A stretch of 62,017 nt of DNA, the filler included, from Porpidia crustulata (lineage: Eukaryota): NCBI GenBank assembly GCA_964255105.1. It is 5 parts of 5 records of this genome, joined end to end, with 100 filler letters (N's around TTAATTAATTAA, not from the genome) between each part and the next. Parts side by side here need not be neighbours in the genome. Positions count along the whole stretch, not along the records: positions 37,298 to 49,617 come from CAXUWE010000549.1; positions 49,718 to 62,017 come from CAXUWE010000550.1; 3 more parts are not named here. One strand, 5' to 3'. The notes beneath the pieces were generated by a model. It saw nothing but the letters and a program-made list of their open reading frames with translations. It was not told where the DNA came from and made no database searches. Every line of letters starts with the position of its first letter. Positions within the stretch are counted from its first letter, which is position 1. A program made the position numbers and the translations under genes. Below are positions 37,598 through 50,666 of the stretch, piece by piece.

Positions 37598-39435
37598 ATG
37601 ACGATCGCACGATCACTAGCCAAGGTTCTGCCTAAGCCAAAATACACGGGTGAACACGAAGAACTTCAAAGTAATAATCGATCAAAAGGCTCGAGGAGCC
37701 TTGGTGCAGGAGCACTGGATGAGTCGCAGATTGTGCTCAAGGTAAACCCACCAAAGGAAACACTGCGAAATCCCCGGTCGCTAACACATAGTCAGCGAGT
37801 TGGACCACCAGTGTACGGAGCCCGTACAGGATGGCGTCCGCGAGCAGCAGAAGACTATGGCGATGGTGGGGCATTTCCAGAGATTTCAATCGCTCAGTAT
37901 CCACTCGATATGGGCAGGAAGCTGTCGTCAAGCTCGAATGCTCTCGCTGTTCAAGTGGACGCTGAAGGTAAAGTTAAATATGACGCTATTGCACGACAGG
38001 GTCACAACGACAAGCGGATCGTACATGCCTCATTTAAGGACCTAATTCCTGTTCGACAGCGAGCAGATGTAGGCGAAATCTCATTGGATCGGCCTTCGGA
38101 GGAAGAAATCGCTGTACAGACTGCAAAGACCAAAAAAGCTTTAGAGACATTGGTCAATGGTGCAGTGTCTGCTCAAAAACCTAAGAATGTACAGGGGATC
38201 ACAAGGAATGATCCAACTTATGTTAGATATACACCGGCAAACCAAATGGGAGACGTTACGAGCAAGAATGATAGGATCATGAAGATTGTTGAGAGGCAAA
38301 AAGACCCAATGGAACCCCCGAAGTTCAAGCACAAGAAAATTCCACGGGGGCCACCATCCCCACCACCCCCTGTAATGCACTCACCGCCGCGAAAACTGAC
38401 TGCCGAGGACCAAGAAGCTTGGAAGATACCACCTCCCGTGTCAAACTGGAAAAACCCCAAGGGCTACACAGTTCCACTCGATAAACGATTAGCCGCTGAT
38501 GGGCGCGGCCTACAAGACGTCACTATCAATGACAAATTTGCGCAATTCGCTGAAGCGCTGTTCACGGCCGACAGGCACGCTAGAGATGAGGTCAAACAAC
38601 GTGCCCAAATGCAACAGAAGCTTGCCGAGAAGGAAAGAATGCAGAAAGAGGAACAGCTCCGATTATTGGCTCAAAAGGCACGAGAGGAAAGAGCAATGGT
38701 AGGCAGGCGACAGTCTCGAGCAAGGTCATATAGCGGCAGCAGAAGTCGTTCGGCGTCCTCCTCAAGTCGATCAGATACCGAAGACGACGAGGCGGCCCGA
38801 GAACGGGAGCAAATGCGTCGTGAAAGGCGGCAAGAAAACGAAAAGCAGCTTCGACAGTCGCGTATGGGCACTGAGCGACGAATACAGATGATTGCTAGGG
38901 AGCAAAATCGAGACATCTCCGAAAAAGTGGCATTGGGCTTGGCAAAACCAACCCAATCTTCCGAGTCAATGTGGGATTCGAGATTGTTCAATCAAACTAG
39001 CGGTTTCGATACGGGCTTCAACGAAGATCAAGCCTATGATAAACCGCTGTTCGCAACGCAAGACGCTATAAGCAGTATATATCGACCCCGCCAGACCATG
39101 GATGATGATGTGGATGAAGAAACCGCGGGTACAGAGTACGAGAAATTACAGAAAAGCAGCCGTTTCGAGGTTCTCGGGAAGGTGAAGGATGGCTTTAAGG
39201 GTGCTGCCGATGCTGAGGTGAGTACTTAAAGTTATACCTTCAGACCGTATCCTTACTGACTAGGAATCTTGCTTAGGCCCGGGAAGGGCCGGTCCAATTC
39301 GAAAAAGACTCAGACCCGTTTAATATTGACGGCCTGATTAGAGACGCGACTGGAGGAGCGGCTGGCGGTAAGCGATATGGCATAGAGGACCCGGAATCGA
39401 GAACGTCAAAGCGGGCTAAAATAAATGACGATTAA
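37598..39435 (+). CDS. PRP45: Pre-mRNA splicing factor Prp45 (SKIP/SNW)
   Basis: DYGDGGAFPEI, DPMEPPKFKHKK and WKIPPPVSNWKNPKGYTVPLDKRLAADGRG (SNW motif). Introns 37742-37795 and after 39217; last exon AREGPVQFEKD...TAA. Confidence 0.97.
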
Positions 39436-39714
39436 GTTTCATCTGGGTCAGGTATACTCAATATGAGCAAAGCGTGGAGATGGCTGAGCGTCATGAATTA
39501 GCGGAAGACGAGCACTAGCTTGCTGTTTGCGAAACACGTCCGTTATTACAAGTGAGCAGTCGCCACAAGAATTGTTCAGGCCAATCAACCCTTCAAACGT
39601 TTGACAATTACAATCGATACCAAGTCTAATCTACAATTCCGTCATCATCATCTTTGCCAGCACCAATCCATTCATTCTCTTCCTCCATTGAATCCTCCTC
39701 GAAACCAAAAGCGT

Positions 39715-42526
39715 TCATATGGCTTCCAAGTGCTTTCTCTTAGCTTGGTTATGACCAGTTAACGATTGTGAAAGGAGGTAATCCAGAGTATAAATGTTAT
39801 CGTCTGCCATTCTTGCTAGCCCAATTTGGATCTTTGCAACCAATTTCTGGACCGTTCTCAGTTCTACCGTGAACAGAGCACTGTGGTCCTTCAAATGTGC
39901 TCCGTGCACTATCATCAGTGATTCGATCCACCGAAGGTTGAACTCAAGATGCGGGCTCTCCTCAGTTGCCTGTGCTACAAACCTCAAGAGCCGATTGAGG
40001 TATACCGTGGGTAGAAGCTTGACCACCAATGCTACATCAGCAGGAGGGATTGCTTGATAAACTCGGCGGATTAGGGTTATCTCGTTGAGTCGGAATGCCA
40101 TGGCCAAGGCGCGTAGATAGTCCTTTTGGTCGATAGCTGTCAGTGTGGTGGCTGGGGTAACGTCGAGATCGAGATCGAAAGGGTCGAATTGCAGGAGTTT
40201 GTCGAGTGAATAGACCAATAAACCCTCTGTGGTTGCTGCACAAAACGCTCTTCCGGCAGGAGAAAATGCAACGCCAGGTACACGTACTTCTGGCCTTGTT
40301 CGCCTTGCCGAGAGGTCGCCGCGAGTGGCACCAGGTAGGGTAGAGTCGATTCGGTTTTCAAGATCTGAGGCCTCGCCTTGTTGATCAAGTAGACTTACTG
40401 CACCGGCTTCGGTAAGATTGCGGCTGTTAAGAAACTCTTGGGTTCCGTCCAAAGAGAGGTTTACAGATATGGTAAACCTTTTGACCAGTGTGGCTGACTG
40501 AACATCGTAAAGACATATATACTTCGAGTTTCCACCAGCAATAACGCAGTTACCGTCTGTACTATACGCAATACAATTGAAGGCTTTTGTGCCGGCGGAA
40601 TTGGCCGCAGTCCGGCGATCTGTAAGCTTTCGACCTCCAGAAATATCTCGGCGGCCGTCGAGACCCACTTCTTGGGTCGCTTCCGAGACCGTCCAGAATG
40701 TAAGCTGACCATCCAAAGTGGAAATAGCCAATTGTTTTGAGTCGGGTCGAAACGCAACGTGAAGGACGTCCGCTTGGAGCTGCAGCGGTTCACTGCTTTG
40801 AGATCGACCAAAGATGCTCCACAAACGTACTGTATGATCCCAGCTGCCACTTGCGAGAGTGCCACCAATAGGAGCGAAGGCCAACGTAGAGATAGGACCT
40901 TCATGTCCGGACAGCTGGTCGAGTAATTGCCCTGTTTGAACAGACCAAACGTGTACCTCAAATGAATCGTGAGAACCTGCACACACTATTTCACCGCTAG
41001 GGTCAACAGCAATAGAAGAGAATGATAGCCGTGTTGGGGCAGTGAACGTTCTGAAATTTCGGTATCTTATCAAATCCCATGCCCTGACTGATCCATCCAG
41101 ACTTGATGTAAAGAGTACATTACCTCTTTTAGCAAATTCGCATGCAGTGACCCCGCTGGAGTGCTCCGTAAAGGTGACGATGCAAAAACCTGAATGCGTG
41201 TCCCAAACCTTGACCTTTCCATCATCCGAAGTTGTAATGACGCGTTGGCTATCGGGAGAGTATACCAAAGCATTCATCGAGTCGAAATGACCTTGCTGCT
41301 TCAGAATGTATGACTCGGATTGCCATTCCCACACAAGAAGCTGACCAAGCTTTGAGGCTCCAAAGGCCAACCACTCACCAGACTCGTTAATCGTCACATG
41401 GTCTATACCGTTCTGTGATATACTATAAGTGAGTAAGCGAGCTGTCCTATAATAATTGATCTTCGTCCATCAATCTACCTCAACGTATGTATCATGTTAA
41501 ATTCAGGGAGTTCGTACAAGCCGAATAGACCATTGGAAAAGCCGGCTACAAGGAGATCAGACTTGGGATGATAGGCTGCACATTTCATTTTTGCGTTGTT
41601 ATGCATGAAGTAGTGGCGATGTACAATCCTCCACTGTTCTGCAGAGTCCTTGTGGTCGACGGAATCGATCTGACCACTACCCAACAGCTTCTGAGAATAT
41701 TCCCATTGGAACAGAGCTCCATCCTGGCTAACGGTGTATATCTACTTGTCAGATAATAAGCCATCATTCTAAGATTTGGGGGAATGATTTGGCGATTACC
41801 ACTTCTTGATTAATCGAAAACCATGCTCCCAAAACTGTTTCTCGGTGGCCAGCTAATGTCGTGGGCACAAAATCCTCTTCTGGATCGAGGCTCCATATTC
41901 TAGCAGTGAGATCTTTCCCAGCACTTAAACAGAATCTCGAATCAGCCGACCACTGGAGACTCTGGACAGTGTCGTAATGTCCAGCATACACCCTATGCCG
42001 AGTGAACGGAGCAAATTCTATCCCTTCTTCCGAACTCGAATCTGGCGTAGACGGTGTATGCCAGACTTCCACAAGACGACCAAGACCAGCAGCGAAATGA
42101 CGGCCCGACGGTGAGAATGCTAAGGCAGTAACAGTGTCTCTGAAGGAGAAATAATGAATCGTGATTCGCCGCAGAAAATTTGAGAGTATTGCATGACCAT
42201 CTTCGTCCACCGAAAGTAGAAGATTCCCGCGCGGCACTAGGGCTATACAAGATACATGTCTTCGGTGAGAGAAAGGAAGTGTGTACGAGATATTACTAGA
42301 GAAGTCAGCCATGGGATACAGAGGAACAGCCGGTGGAGGCCTACTTAACCAAGTCGAAACAAGTGACTCGGTTTCCCACTGGCGAAAGAAGACAAGTACC
42401 GTCTGGTGTATAGAGGAGATTTCCTTTGCAGTAAACTGTACCCAGCAGATTAGAAAACTATTTGCATGCGTAAGTTTCCGCAAAGGTAGGTAGGACCAGC
42501 TCTCAAACCTTGAAGTCAACCTTCAT
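39715..42526 (-). CDS. PWP2: Periodic tryptophan protein 2 (Utp1), SSU processome
   Basis: MKVDFK/FSNLLGTVYCKGNL, LGQLLVWEWQSESYILKQQGH, RAWDLIRYRNFRTF and FDPFDLDLDVTP. Four introns. Confidence 0.97.
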
Positions 42527-42915
42527 GCTAGTTGAAGGAGGAATTACCTGAAAGCCTTGGAATACACAAAGCACAGATATTTCAGTAATACACCAATAAT
42601 ATACTGATACATTATAGCTCAATCGATTAGGGCACAAGCGCGCTTGCAAGCCGGAGGTATGGCGCCACGGGCGCTTATAAACCCGAAACTAGGTAAGGTG
42701 GTTTTGCGACAGCAGCGTGGGCTAGCTTGTATACAGACTAGACTCGTGTGATCGCGCATCCCCTTTAACCACAATAATTTGTTTGTATGCTGAGGTAGAC
42801 ATCATCCTGAAGCATAAGGCCATACATCCTCTTCAGCACTTACAAACCAAATTGCACTAGTGTGAGAGGGTACTTGTCAAATACTTCATTCCAAGCCTCA
42901 ATAGGAGCTATAAAT

Positions 42916-44423
42916 ATGGCACCAGCAGCATCTGAGGCGGCATCGCCGATTGGAATTGCCAATGTGAGTAGCTACCACGATGTTATCCCAACATCATCTG
43001 AGTACTTTGTGACCCATTACTCATGCGAATCAACAGCTTCCAAATCAAAGGTTCGCAGCCTCCACTACCCCAATCAACTCATGTCGAATGAGCTAAACGC
43101 GTTATGATAGACATAAGATTGTCGCCAAGCGAGGAGCAGCTTTCACAATCATGGTCCGAGACTTCCAGTTGTTCCGCTGCTGTCAGAGTGCTTGAGCTGA
43201 TCTATCTTAGGTTGCTGGCGAATCAGGACTGGGCAAGACAACGTTCATTAATACTTTATTCTCCACTACCATCAAGAATTATGCGGATCACCGACGTCGT
43301 CACGCAAAGCAGGTGGACAAAACCGTTGAAATAGAAATCACCAAAGCCGAACTCGAGGAAAAGTTCTTCAAAGGCATTGCCAAAAGTACGCTGTCCACTT
43401 TGTCCCATAACTGATGGATTATTAGTTCGTCTTACGGTGATTGATACTCCTGGGTTCGGGGACTATGTGAATAACCGCGATTCGTGGATGCCGATCATCG
43501 AGTTCCTAGACGATCAGCACGAGTCTTACATGCTTCAAGAGCAGCAGCCTCGTCGTGTCGACAAAATCGATCTCCGAGTCCACGCCTGTCTGTATTTCAT
43601 AAGACCCACAGGCCATACTTTGAAACCTTTGGATATCGAAGTGATGAAACGTCTGAGCTCTAGGGTCAATCTTATCCCAGTGGTGGCTAAAGCGGATACC
43701 TTAAGTCCCGCAGACCTTGCTCGGTTCAAGCAGAGAGTACGTTTTGGTCTTTTCCATTCTACAAAGATATCTCACTAAAATACTATACAGATTCGAGCCG
43801 TCGTAGAGGCGCAGGGCATTAAAATTTACCAGCCACCCCTCGAAGAAGACGATGAAGCCGCTGCACAGCATGCCCGAAGTTTGATGGCAGCCATGCCTTT
43901 TGCGGTGATTGGTTCCGAAAAAGATGTCAAGACTGGCGATGGCCGCGTCCTCAAAGGTCGTCAATACTCATGGGGTGTTGCGGAGGTTGAGAATGAGGAC
44001 CATTGTGACTTCAAAAAGTTGCGGTCGATCCTCATTCGTACTCATATGCTGGACCTGATTCATACTACCGAGGAGATGCACTATGAGGCATATAGAGCTC
44101 AACAGATGGAGACAAGGAAGTTCGGTGAAGCTCGTCCGCGGAAGCTCGACAACCCTAAGTTCAAAGAAGAGGAGGAGAGCCTACGGAAGAGATTTACTGA
44201 GCAGGTCAAGGTTGAAGAAAACCGATTCAGACAGTGGGAACAGAAGCTCATTTCGGAGCGCGACCGACTGAACAAGGATCTTGAGAGTACCCATGCAGCG
44301 TATGTGTAGATAGAAATACTCTCGTATGACTTCGGCTAATACCTCTTTAGGATCAAGAACCTCGAACAGGAGCTAGAGCAGATGCAAGGGAGCGTACAGC
44401 GAAGCCACGGTCGTGGTCGTTAA
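42916..44423 (+). CDS. CDC12: Septin, Cdc12/AspC group
   Basis: SPIGIAN/LPNQR/HKIVAKRGAAFTIM/VAGESGLGKTTFINTLF, DTPGFGDYVNN and AKADT, with a C-terminal coiled coil. Includes a 14-nt micro-exon at 43037-43050. Confidence 0.95.
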
Positions 44424-44784
44424 GTGAGGACATGGGAGATTTGCCTTGTGTAGCAGCGAAAAGTATGGGACTCGCTGGTTATGGAGTACGAGCGTGATTC
44501 TGCCTTCTACGATCTTGCCACATTGTCTCCTTCCGATATCTTCCGTCATTAGTCCATGATTCCCCAGTTCTTTCTTCTGCTCTGCTATCTAGAATCACGG
44601 TGTGCTTCAATCAGCGAGAGTGCAAGTTTCTGCCCCTCCTAGATGGGTTATCTGATTGGTTCCAATGCAAAAAACTCTTCCCGGTCGAGGGCGAACTCTG
44701 CAACGTGTCCGTCTTACCTGTTTCTGCCATTACAAGCCGTGGACACAAAGTCCCAGCGATGGACGTACCCCCACCTCGACTGCC

Positions 44785-46009
44785 TCACAGGGGCATACCC
44801 CAAACCGAAACCGTACCTACACGTCTTCAGCGTTGATTGCTGGCCCTTCACTGTGAGTTGCAATTACCATCCACCCCAGCACTCGCCCACTCCTTCCTCG
44901 CACCATTGCAAGCAACAGCACTGGCGACCTTGCCGCCATGCGCTTCCAGCTTATCAATCACCTTGCCTGCCAATATATCCCAGATATGGAGCTTCCCGTC
45001 TTCGCTTCCACTGATGACCGCCGAGTCCGCCAATGCGAGGCAGGACCGAATCCGAAAAGCCTCGTTCGTGTGACCCCGGTAGCTCTGAAGCAGCTGCCCG
45101 TTGCCCTTATCCATCAGCCTGATCGTCGAGTCCAGCGTGGATACCAAGACTGCATTGCCGTCTCGGGTTTGTTCAACTGAGGTGATGGGTTCTGCTCAGT
45201 GACATGCGTAGCATCAGCATTGTGTCCCCACAGTGGATGAAAGCGGAAACAGCGTATAGGGTGCCGCTTACGCCCAACGACATCTATAAATACCATCCCC
45301 ATCCTCAAATCATACACCCTCATCCTCCCGTCCACACTCCCCGTCACCACCTCATGCCCTCCAACCCATACCGCACTGACACTATCCCTCGCCTCCTCAA
45401 GCACCTGTATCGGCTTCACGTTCTGACTCTTGCAATCCCACAGCCGCACCGTTGCGTCAAAACTCCCCGACACCACCACGCTGTCCCCATCGCCCCCAAA
45501 CGCCACGCAATTTACCCTGCTCGCGTGTCCGCCGAACCGGCGTAGCGTCCTCGCGCTGGCAACATCCCACAGGAAGACTTGGCGGTCACCGCCGACGGAT
45601 GCGAAGCGGGCGTTGTCGTCAGTGACGGCGATGTCGAGGACCTCGTAGCCGTGCGCGGAGTAGGTTTGGACGAGGCCAGATTTGGGCTGGGAGGGATGGG
45701 CTTTGGCAGGGTTGTAAAGGTGGATGGTGCGGTCGGAGGAACCGGTGAGAATCTAAAGTAAGAATATAAAAGAAAGGGGATTAGTGAGGCAGCAATTACG
45801 AAAGAGAATATGGAAGCATCGACAAGGCCAAGATGGAAGATGGTGGAAGGGGGGAGGGGATTACATATTGGCCGAGGCCGGCAGAGTATGTCACGCAGTG
45901 GACAGGTCCTGGAGGGGTGTGAGACTGGGCTCTATACGAAGAATGTTGAAGGCGTGTACAAACCAGTGTGCCCAGTGAGTTGGGTGATCTCGCGATTAGG
46001 GAAGATCAT
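44785..46009 (-). CDS. WD40 protein WDR83/MORG1-like
   Basis: MIFPNREITQLTGHT/GPVHCVTYSAGLGQY/ILTGSSDRTIHLYNP, YSAHGYEVLDI, SGSFDATVRLWDCKS and EARDSVS. Last exon TVSVWGMPL*. Confidence 0.9.
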
Positions 46010-46408
46010 CACATTTTGGACGGAGTGGGGGGTACAAGGCGGGGAAGGTCTTCTCTGTAACGACCAAAACCTCGATAAATAGGTGACTTTTGATGTTGAA
46101 TCAACACGTGAGATCGCTTTCTCTTCTGGTATTGAAGTGGGACCATGAACTTCCAGTCTACGCATGAAAAGCTCACAAGGCTCATAAAGTAGAAGATTCT
46201 AGGGGGAACTGTTGCTCGACAGACTGTAGATCATGAATAGTTAACTACCTAGATACCTTCGCAGTGTCAAGACTACTACTCTATGGCACTCTACCATATT
46301 GTACCGTCGAGTATACTTGTGAGACTCTTAGATACCTCAAGAACCTCAATCTGGAATCGAGACACAGCTAATCTTCATGTACAGACTTCATCCTATAGAG
46401 GTATAGTG

Positions 46409-47763
46409 TCAGTGCTGAGTCGTCCCATTTTCCTCGACTCCCAATGCTTCTACCGCCGACTCCAAGTCCTTTTCATGTACCATGACAGTACCACTTCGAG
46501 CTGTACTCAGATACGACATATCAATTGTTTGACTCAAATGTCCACCCGTGCGTCCCACGAGTTTGCTCGCTAGTCCACAAACAATCCCTGTAGCTTCAAG
46601 TGGGAGCGGTTTGAGATCGAGGGTGATGGGCTTCAAGTAATCCTCCATGCTACCAGCGAGAACATCACGATCATTGCCGAAGTTCGAGACGAGTCGGTGA
46701 TCCAACAGCAAAGAAGCAGGCTCATCCTCGGTCAAAGTAAGACTGAGGAATTTTGGGTGGTGGACAAGGCACGTGGTTATTCCCAGCTGGAGGCGAAGAT
46801 CGCTCTCTGAGACCTTACCGGGTCGGCCTGGAAGACCAGCGCATTGGACGAGACAAATGTCGCTATCAACCTGTGGGCTGATGTGATGATGCTGGAGCAT
46901 AGCAAAAGTGCGACTCTGTAGTTCGTTTATTGTCGTTGGTGGAGGCGTTGAAGGCGAGCCAGTACCGACTGATGAGGTGGATGATGATTGGCGATGATGA
47001 GCGGCAGGATTGACGTAGGCTTCAGCACTTTTCTCAAACGCAAAGCCACGATCCTCTAAGGCACGGATGACTTGGCCACGGAATTTTGCAGGCACTAGGA
47101 TGTAGTCTAAAAAATAGGTGGTGATAAAGAAAATTGAACTACCAGTGATCAGCACATCTCACCAGCGTAGTCATGGAATCGGGGCATCACGAACATCCCA
47201 GCTAGAGCCAGCGGACTGGTCACTTCCAGTACTCTCTGTCCTGCTTCTAACCCTTCGCCCTGAACCGAGATCACGACAAAGTCTTCGGAAGATATTGTAG
47301 CACATCCGAGCTCTTCAACTGCCATTGTCATTTGAGCGAGTGCAGGCATAAACAAGGACTGCGCTAAGTTCTTGGAACACACGATAGAGCACTCAACCGG
47401 TGTTACTGACACATTCAAGAATGGGTGCCGGTTTGCCCAAGGTATGTCGATTTCGTGCAACCCTTTAGACTGTTCATTAGCACCAACATGACCAGCTGCC
47501 TCTGGAAAGAGTAGCTTGAGAATTGGTTGCAGATAGTGATGATATTGTACTAGTGGGATATGAATTAGGCTTAGCTGAGCTTCCTAGATGACCCAGATCA
47601 AATTAGTAGACTGCGGTGCTTCTGATGTGGTATCACAGCTAAGGGTGTAGAGTGCTATGTGGGGACTGTTGACCTCTACTTCTTGAGTATAGGCCTTGGA
47701 GCTACATTATAGACTTACAACAAAGCGAATCTGGGCTGACAGGAGTGTCATTGACTGATCCAT
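46409..47763 (-). CDS. CASTOR/GATS-like ACT-domain protein
   Basis: MDQSMTLLSAQIRFV/EAQLSLIHIPL, FLNVSVTPVECSIVC, GQRVLEVTSPLALAG/ISIFFITTYFLDYILVP, FLSLTLT and LPLEATGIVCGLA..MSYLSTA. Two introns. Confidence 0.85.
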
Positions 47764-48502
47764 CGAGATAATTAACAATCAGCTCACGCTCGACCAAGGA
47801 CGATATAGACAGCAAAGGCTGGCCACGGAATCGAGATGGGCGGCAGAATGCTCGGAGTTAGACAGCGTTCAACACAGCGTTCAACGAGCGATACAGCAGC
47901 GCGAAAAGGAGATATCCTGAGTGGAGCCAAACGTAGGGGGCCGGTAAAAGGTCAAACTTATTCGGATCATTCCTAATTGTTCCATGTATGTGGCTGCACC
48001 AAAACCAAAGGACAAGAGTTATTATGCGGTTCACTGACCATACACAGCAGGAACCTGGAAAGGGAGCATTCCGGAAAACAAAGCAGTCTTTGAAAAGCCG
48101 AAGGGCAGTACTCTCAGACAGCAAAGAACAAAGGAACGATATGGAGGGTAGAAATGTCAGCACGGGAAATAAAGTACGGATAGGAAACGGATGAATCACA
48201 ATGGCTGGACTGCAACGGAAAGCCCTCCCTACCTTAGGTGTTCAATAAATGACGGCATACTAGTATTAGAGTAGCTGGGTGAAAGGACGAGACTTGGAGT
48301 CCGTGCTCAGAGATTGTCCAGTGAGAAGTCGGAGGGAAGCAGAGGGGTGGAAGGAAGTAACGAGGTTGATGCAAAGGGTATGCTATGCAGTAAGCTACGC
48401 AGCATGCAGGTCAGTTGCAGCAGAGCGTGGGGTAAAGTGCGGAGTGTGGAGGTGTGGACTGTGGAGGTTTAGATGTGTGGGTGTGGAAGTGGGCGAGACT
48501 TT

Positions 48503-48585
48503 TAGTAAGGTAAGGTAGGTAGGTTAGGAGGTTTAGGTCGATAGATAGGTAGGTAAGGCAGGTGGGTAGGTGGGTAGATAGGTAC
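48503..48585. repeat. Imperfect (AGGT)n simple repeat
   Basis: tagtaaggtaaggtaggtaggttagg...ataggtaggtaaggcaggtgggtaggtgggtagataggta. Confidence 0.8.
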
Positions 48586-49617
48586 CATAGTGTACATGGA
48601 TATATCTAGTGCGCGGGTTGTTTGGGCTGCAGGCCGGGTATGGGTTGGAGTGCGTGGGGTGTGCAAGAGAGAAAAGGACGGTTTGAAGGTGGTGGAGTAC
48701 ATATTATTGTACCATGCGAGTACCTAGGAAGGCACGAGGGATCTGGAACCACGTAGATTGGAAAAGAATATACAGTGATGATACTTGGGACCGGAGAACA
48801 TGCTTGCAGCCCAGATACAAAATATGTAGAGTAGTACTGACGGTGAGCCCGCATAAGGTGTAATGTCGTCGTGCGTCAACAAAAACCCTGTCTATCATCA
48901 TCGAGAAAAACATGCTTGGAGCGAATGGTGAATAGAATATGCTGATGTTCTCGCTGTGCATGATCTAGCAGCTGAGGCATGAATGTTGAAAAGGCAGGGC
49001 ATACAGTCTGAATCCAATGGTCGAAGCCCCACCTGCAGTCTTCCGTGGAGGGGCACGAGGGGGTAGGTAATTAGACAAAGCTAGGTAGTCTAAGAGGCCG
49101 TAGTGTGAGGAAGGGGTGGAGTGGCAAGCGCGGTAGGTACCCACCCAGCTAGTTACCTCCCCTCCGTAGTCCTACTTGTAAGTCGAGTCTTCTATTGATA
49201 GCGTACGCATGGTATGCGGACAGTATTCAACGAGCTAAAGTCGTGGTACCATGGCACTTTGAACCGATTGAGGTCTCGATGGGAAAAGTCACCTAGAAAC
49301 TCGATTGCAAGTTCATTAATAAAAGGTTGATGGTTATCGGAAACGCAGAACAAGAACTCAAGTAGGCGTAAGACAGGTCCCAATACCATGTACCTATCTC
49401 ACGCATACCCTACATAGGATTTTAATCATCGATCATACCTCCCTCCACAAGCCTTTACCAATGGTTAGAAATAGGCATGACATCTGGGCTTTTAAAGAAC
49501 ACCGGACCAAAACTAGTTCGATTTGCATCTATGTAATCTAGCTACGAAAACAGAGACGTCAAGTAACCTTCTTCCCAATAGCACCTCTCACCATCATGCC
49601 CACCCCCCCCTATACCC

Positions 49618-49717
49618 NNNNNNNNNNNNNNNNNNNNNNNNNNNNNNNNNNNNNNNNNNNNTTAATTAATTAANNNNNNNNNNNNNNNNNNNNNNNNNNN
49701 NNNNNNNNNNNNNNNNN
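49618..49717. other. Artificial contig linker
   Basis: N44-TTAATTAATTAA-N44. Confidence 0.98.
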
Positions 49718-50089
49718 AGTCTTTAGAGCGAGGATGGCTGATCAGTGGTGTGCAGGTTGGGGCGTTTTTCCTCTATCGGACGCGCGGATCCTTTTCTAGT
49801 CAGGGGCAGGGCCTGTATCCGGCTCTTACTAATGGCGGTACGGAAGGCGAGGCGGTTGGTAGGAATGATGCTCAGAATAATGGGGTACGTGGACGGATTG
49901 ATGAGGGATACCGTGATGACCCCGAAGATGGGTCGGTCACTCCTGTTGGCCGCGAAGCGGGAGCTGGAAACGTCACTGTCGATGCGAGGGACGCGGATCA
50001 TGGCCCCATTGTGCAGCCATCCAGGCTTCGGGGTGAAGGCAACGAGTGGGAGCAGTAGGTAGACTGTGAGGTAGTGGCGTGTAGTTCAT
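49718..50089 (-). pseudogene. Possible 5' part of a secreted-protein gene, frameshifted or mis-assembled
   Basis: A C-ending-codon-rich frame (RHYLTVYLLLPLVAFTPKPGWLHNGAMIRVPRID...) reaches a GTAAGA donor. The nearest upstream ATG (50089) is one base out of frame. Confidence 0.25.
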
Positions 50090-50666
50090 GTTCTCAGGGT
50101 TGAGCACTCTCAAAATTGGCGACGGTGCTAGAGCAGGAGAGGGCTCGTGGTGTGCTAGGGATTAGCTTATGACGATGGCAAAGAAAACTCCATGACCTTA
50201 TGCGTTAAAGCTTAGTCCTTTTGGACGAGACGCAATGGCTCGCGGGCTATGCATGATCATCCAAGGAACAGTGACAGTTGACCGACAAGACATGGGAATC
50301 CACCATGATAGTTATGCAGAACTCCTCGGGGTTCTTTGAGAATGTGACTTCCTACAGTCTTTCGCGATGCATTCGACTTGATTACGGCTTCTAAGCCTAT
50401 CTGGTAGATCCTTATCCTTATCTTTGGTCCAGCTCGTTCCCCTCATAGCATACCCTATGCAAGCTTACCTTAATCATGCATGTACTATCCCGACATATTC
50501 GTCACTTGCAAGCATACTGTAGAACAGGGGCGAAAAAGACCAGAGTATTGACAGTGCAGCTATAAGCCCTATATGAGTACTGGAAAGCACTCCAGATCGT
50601 AGAGCACGAGTTCACTGACCTCTATGCCTTCAAAGAAGGTTTCAGATCCTGAAAGAACCTCAACTA

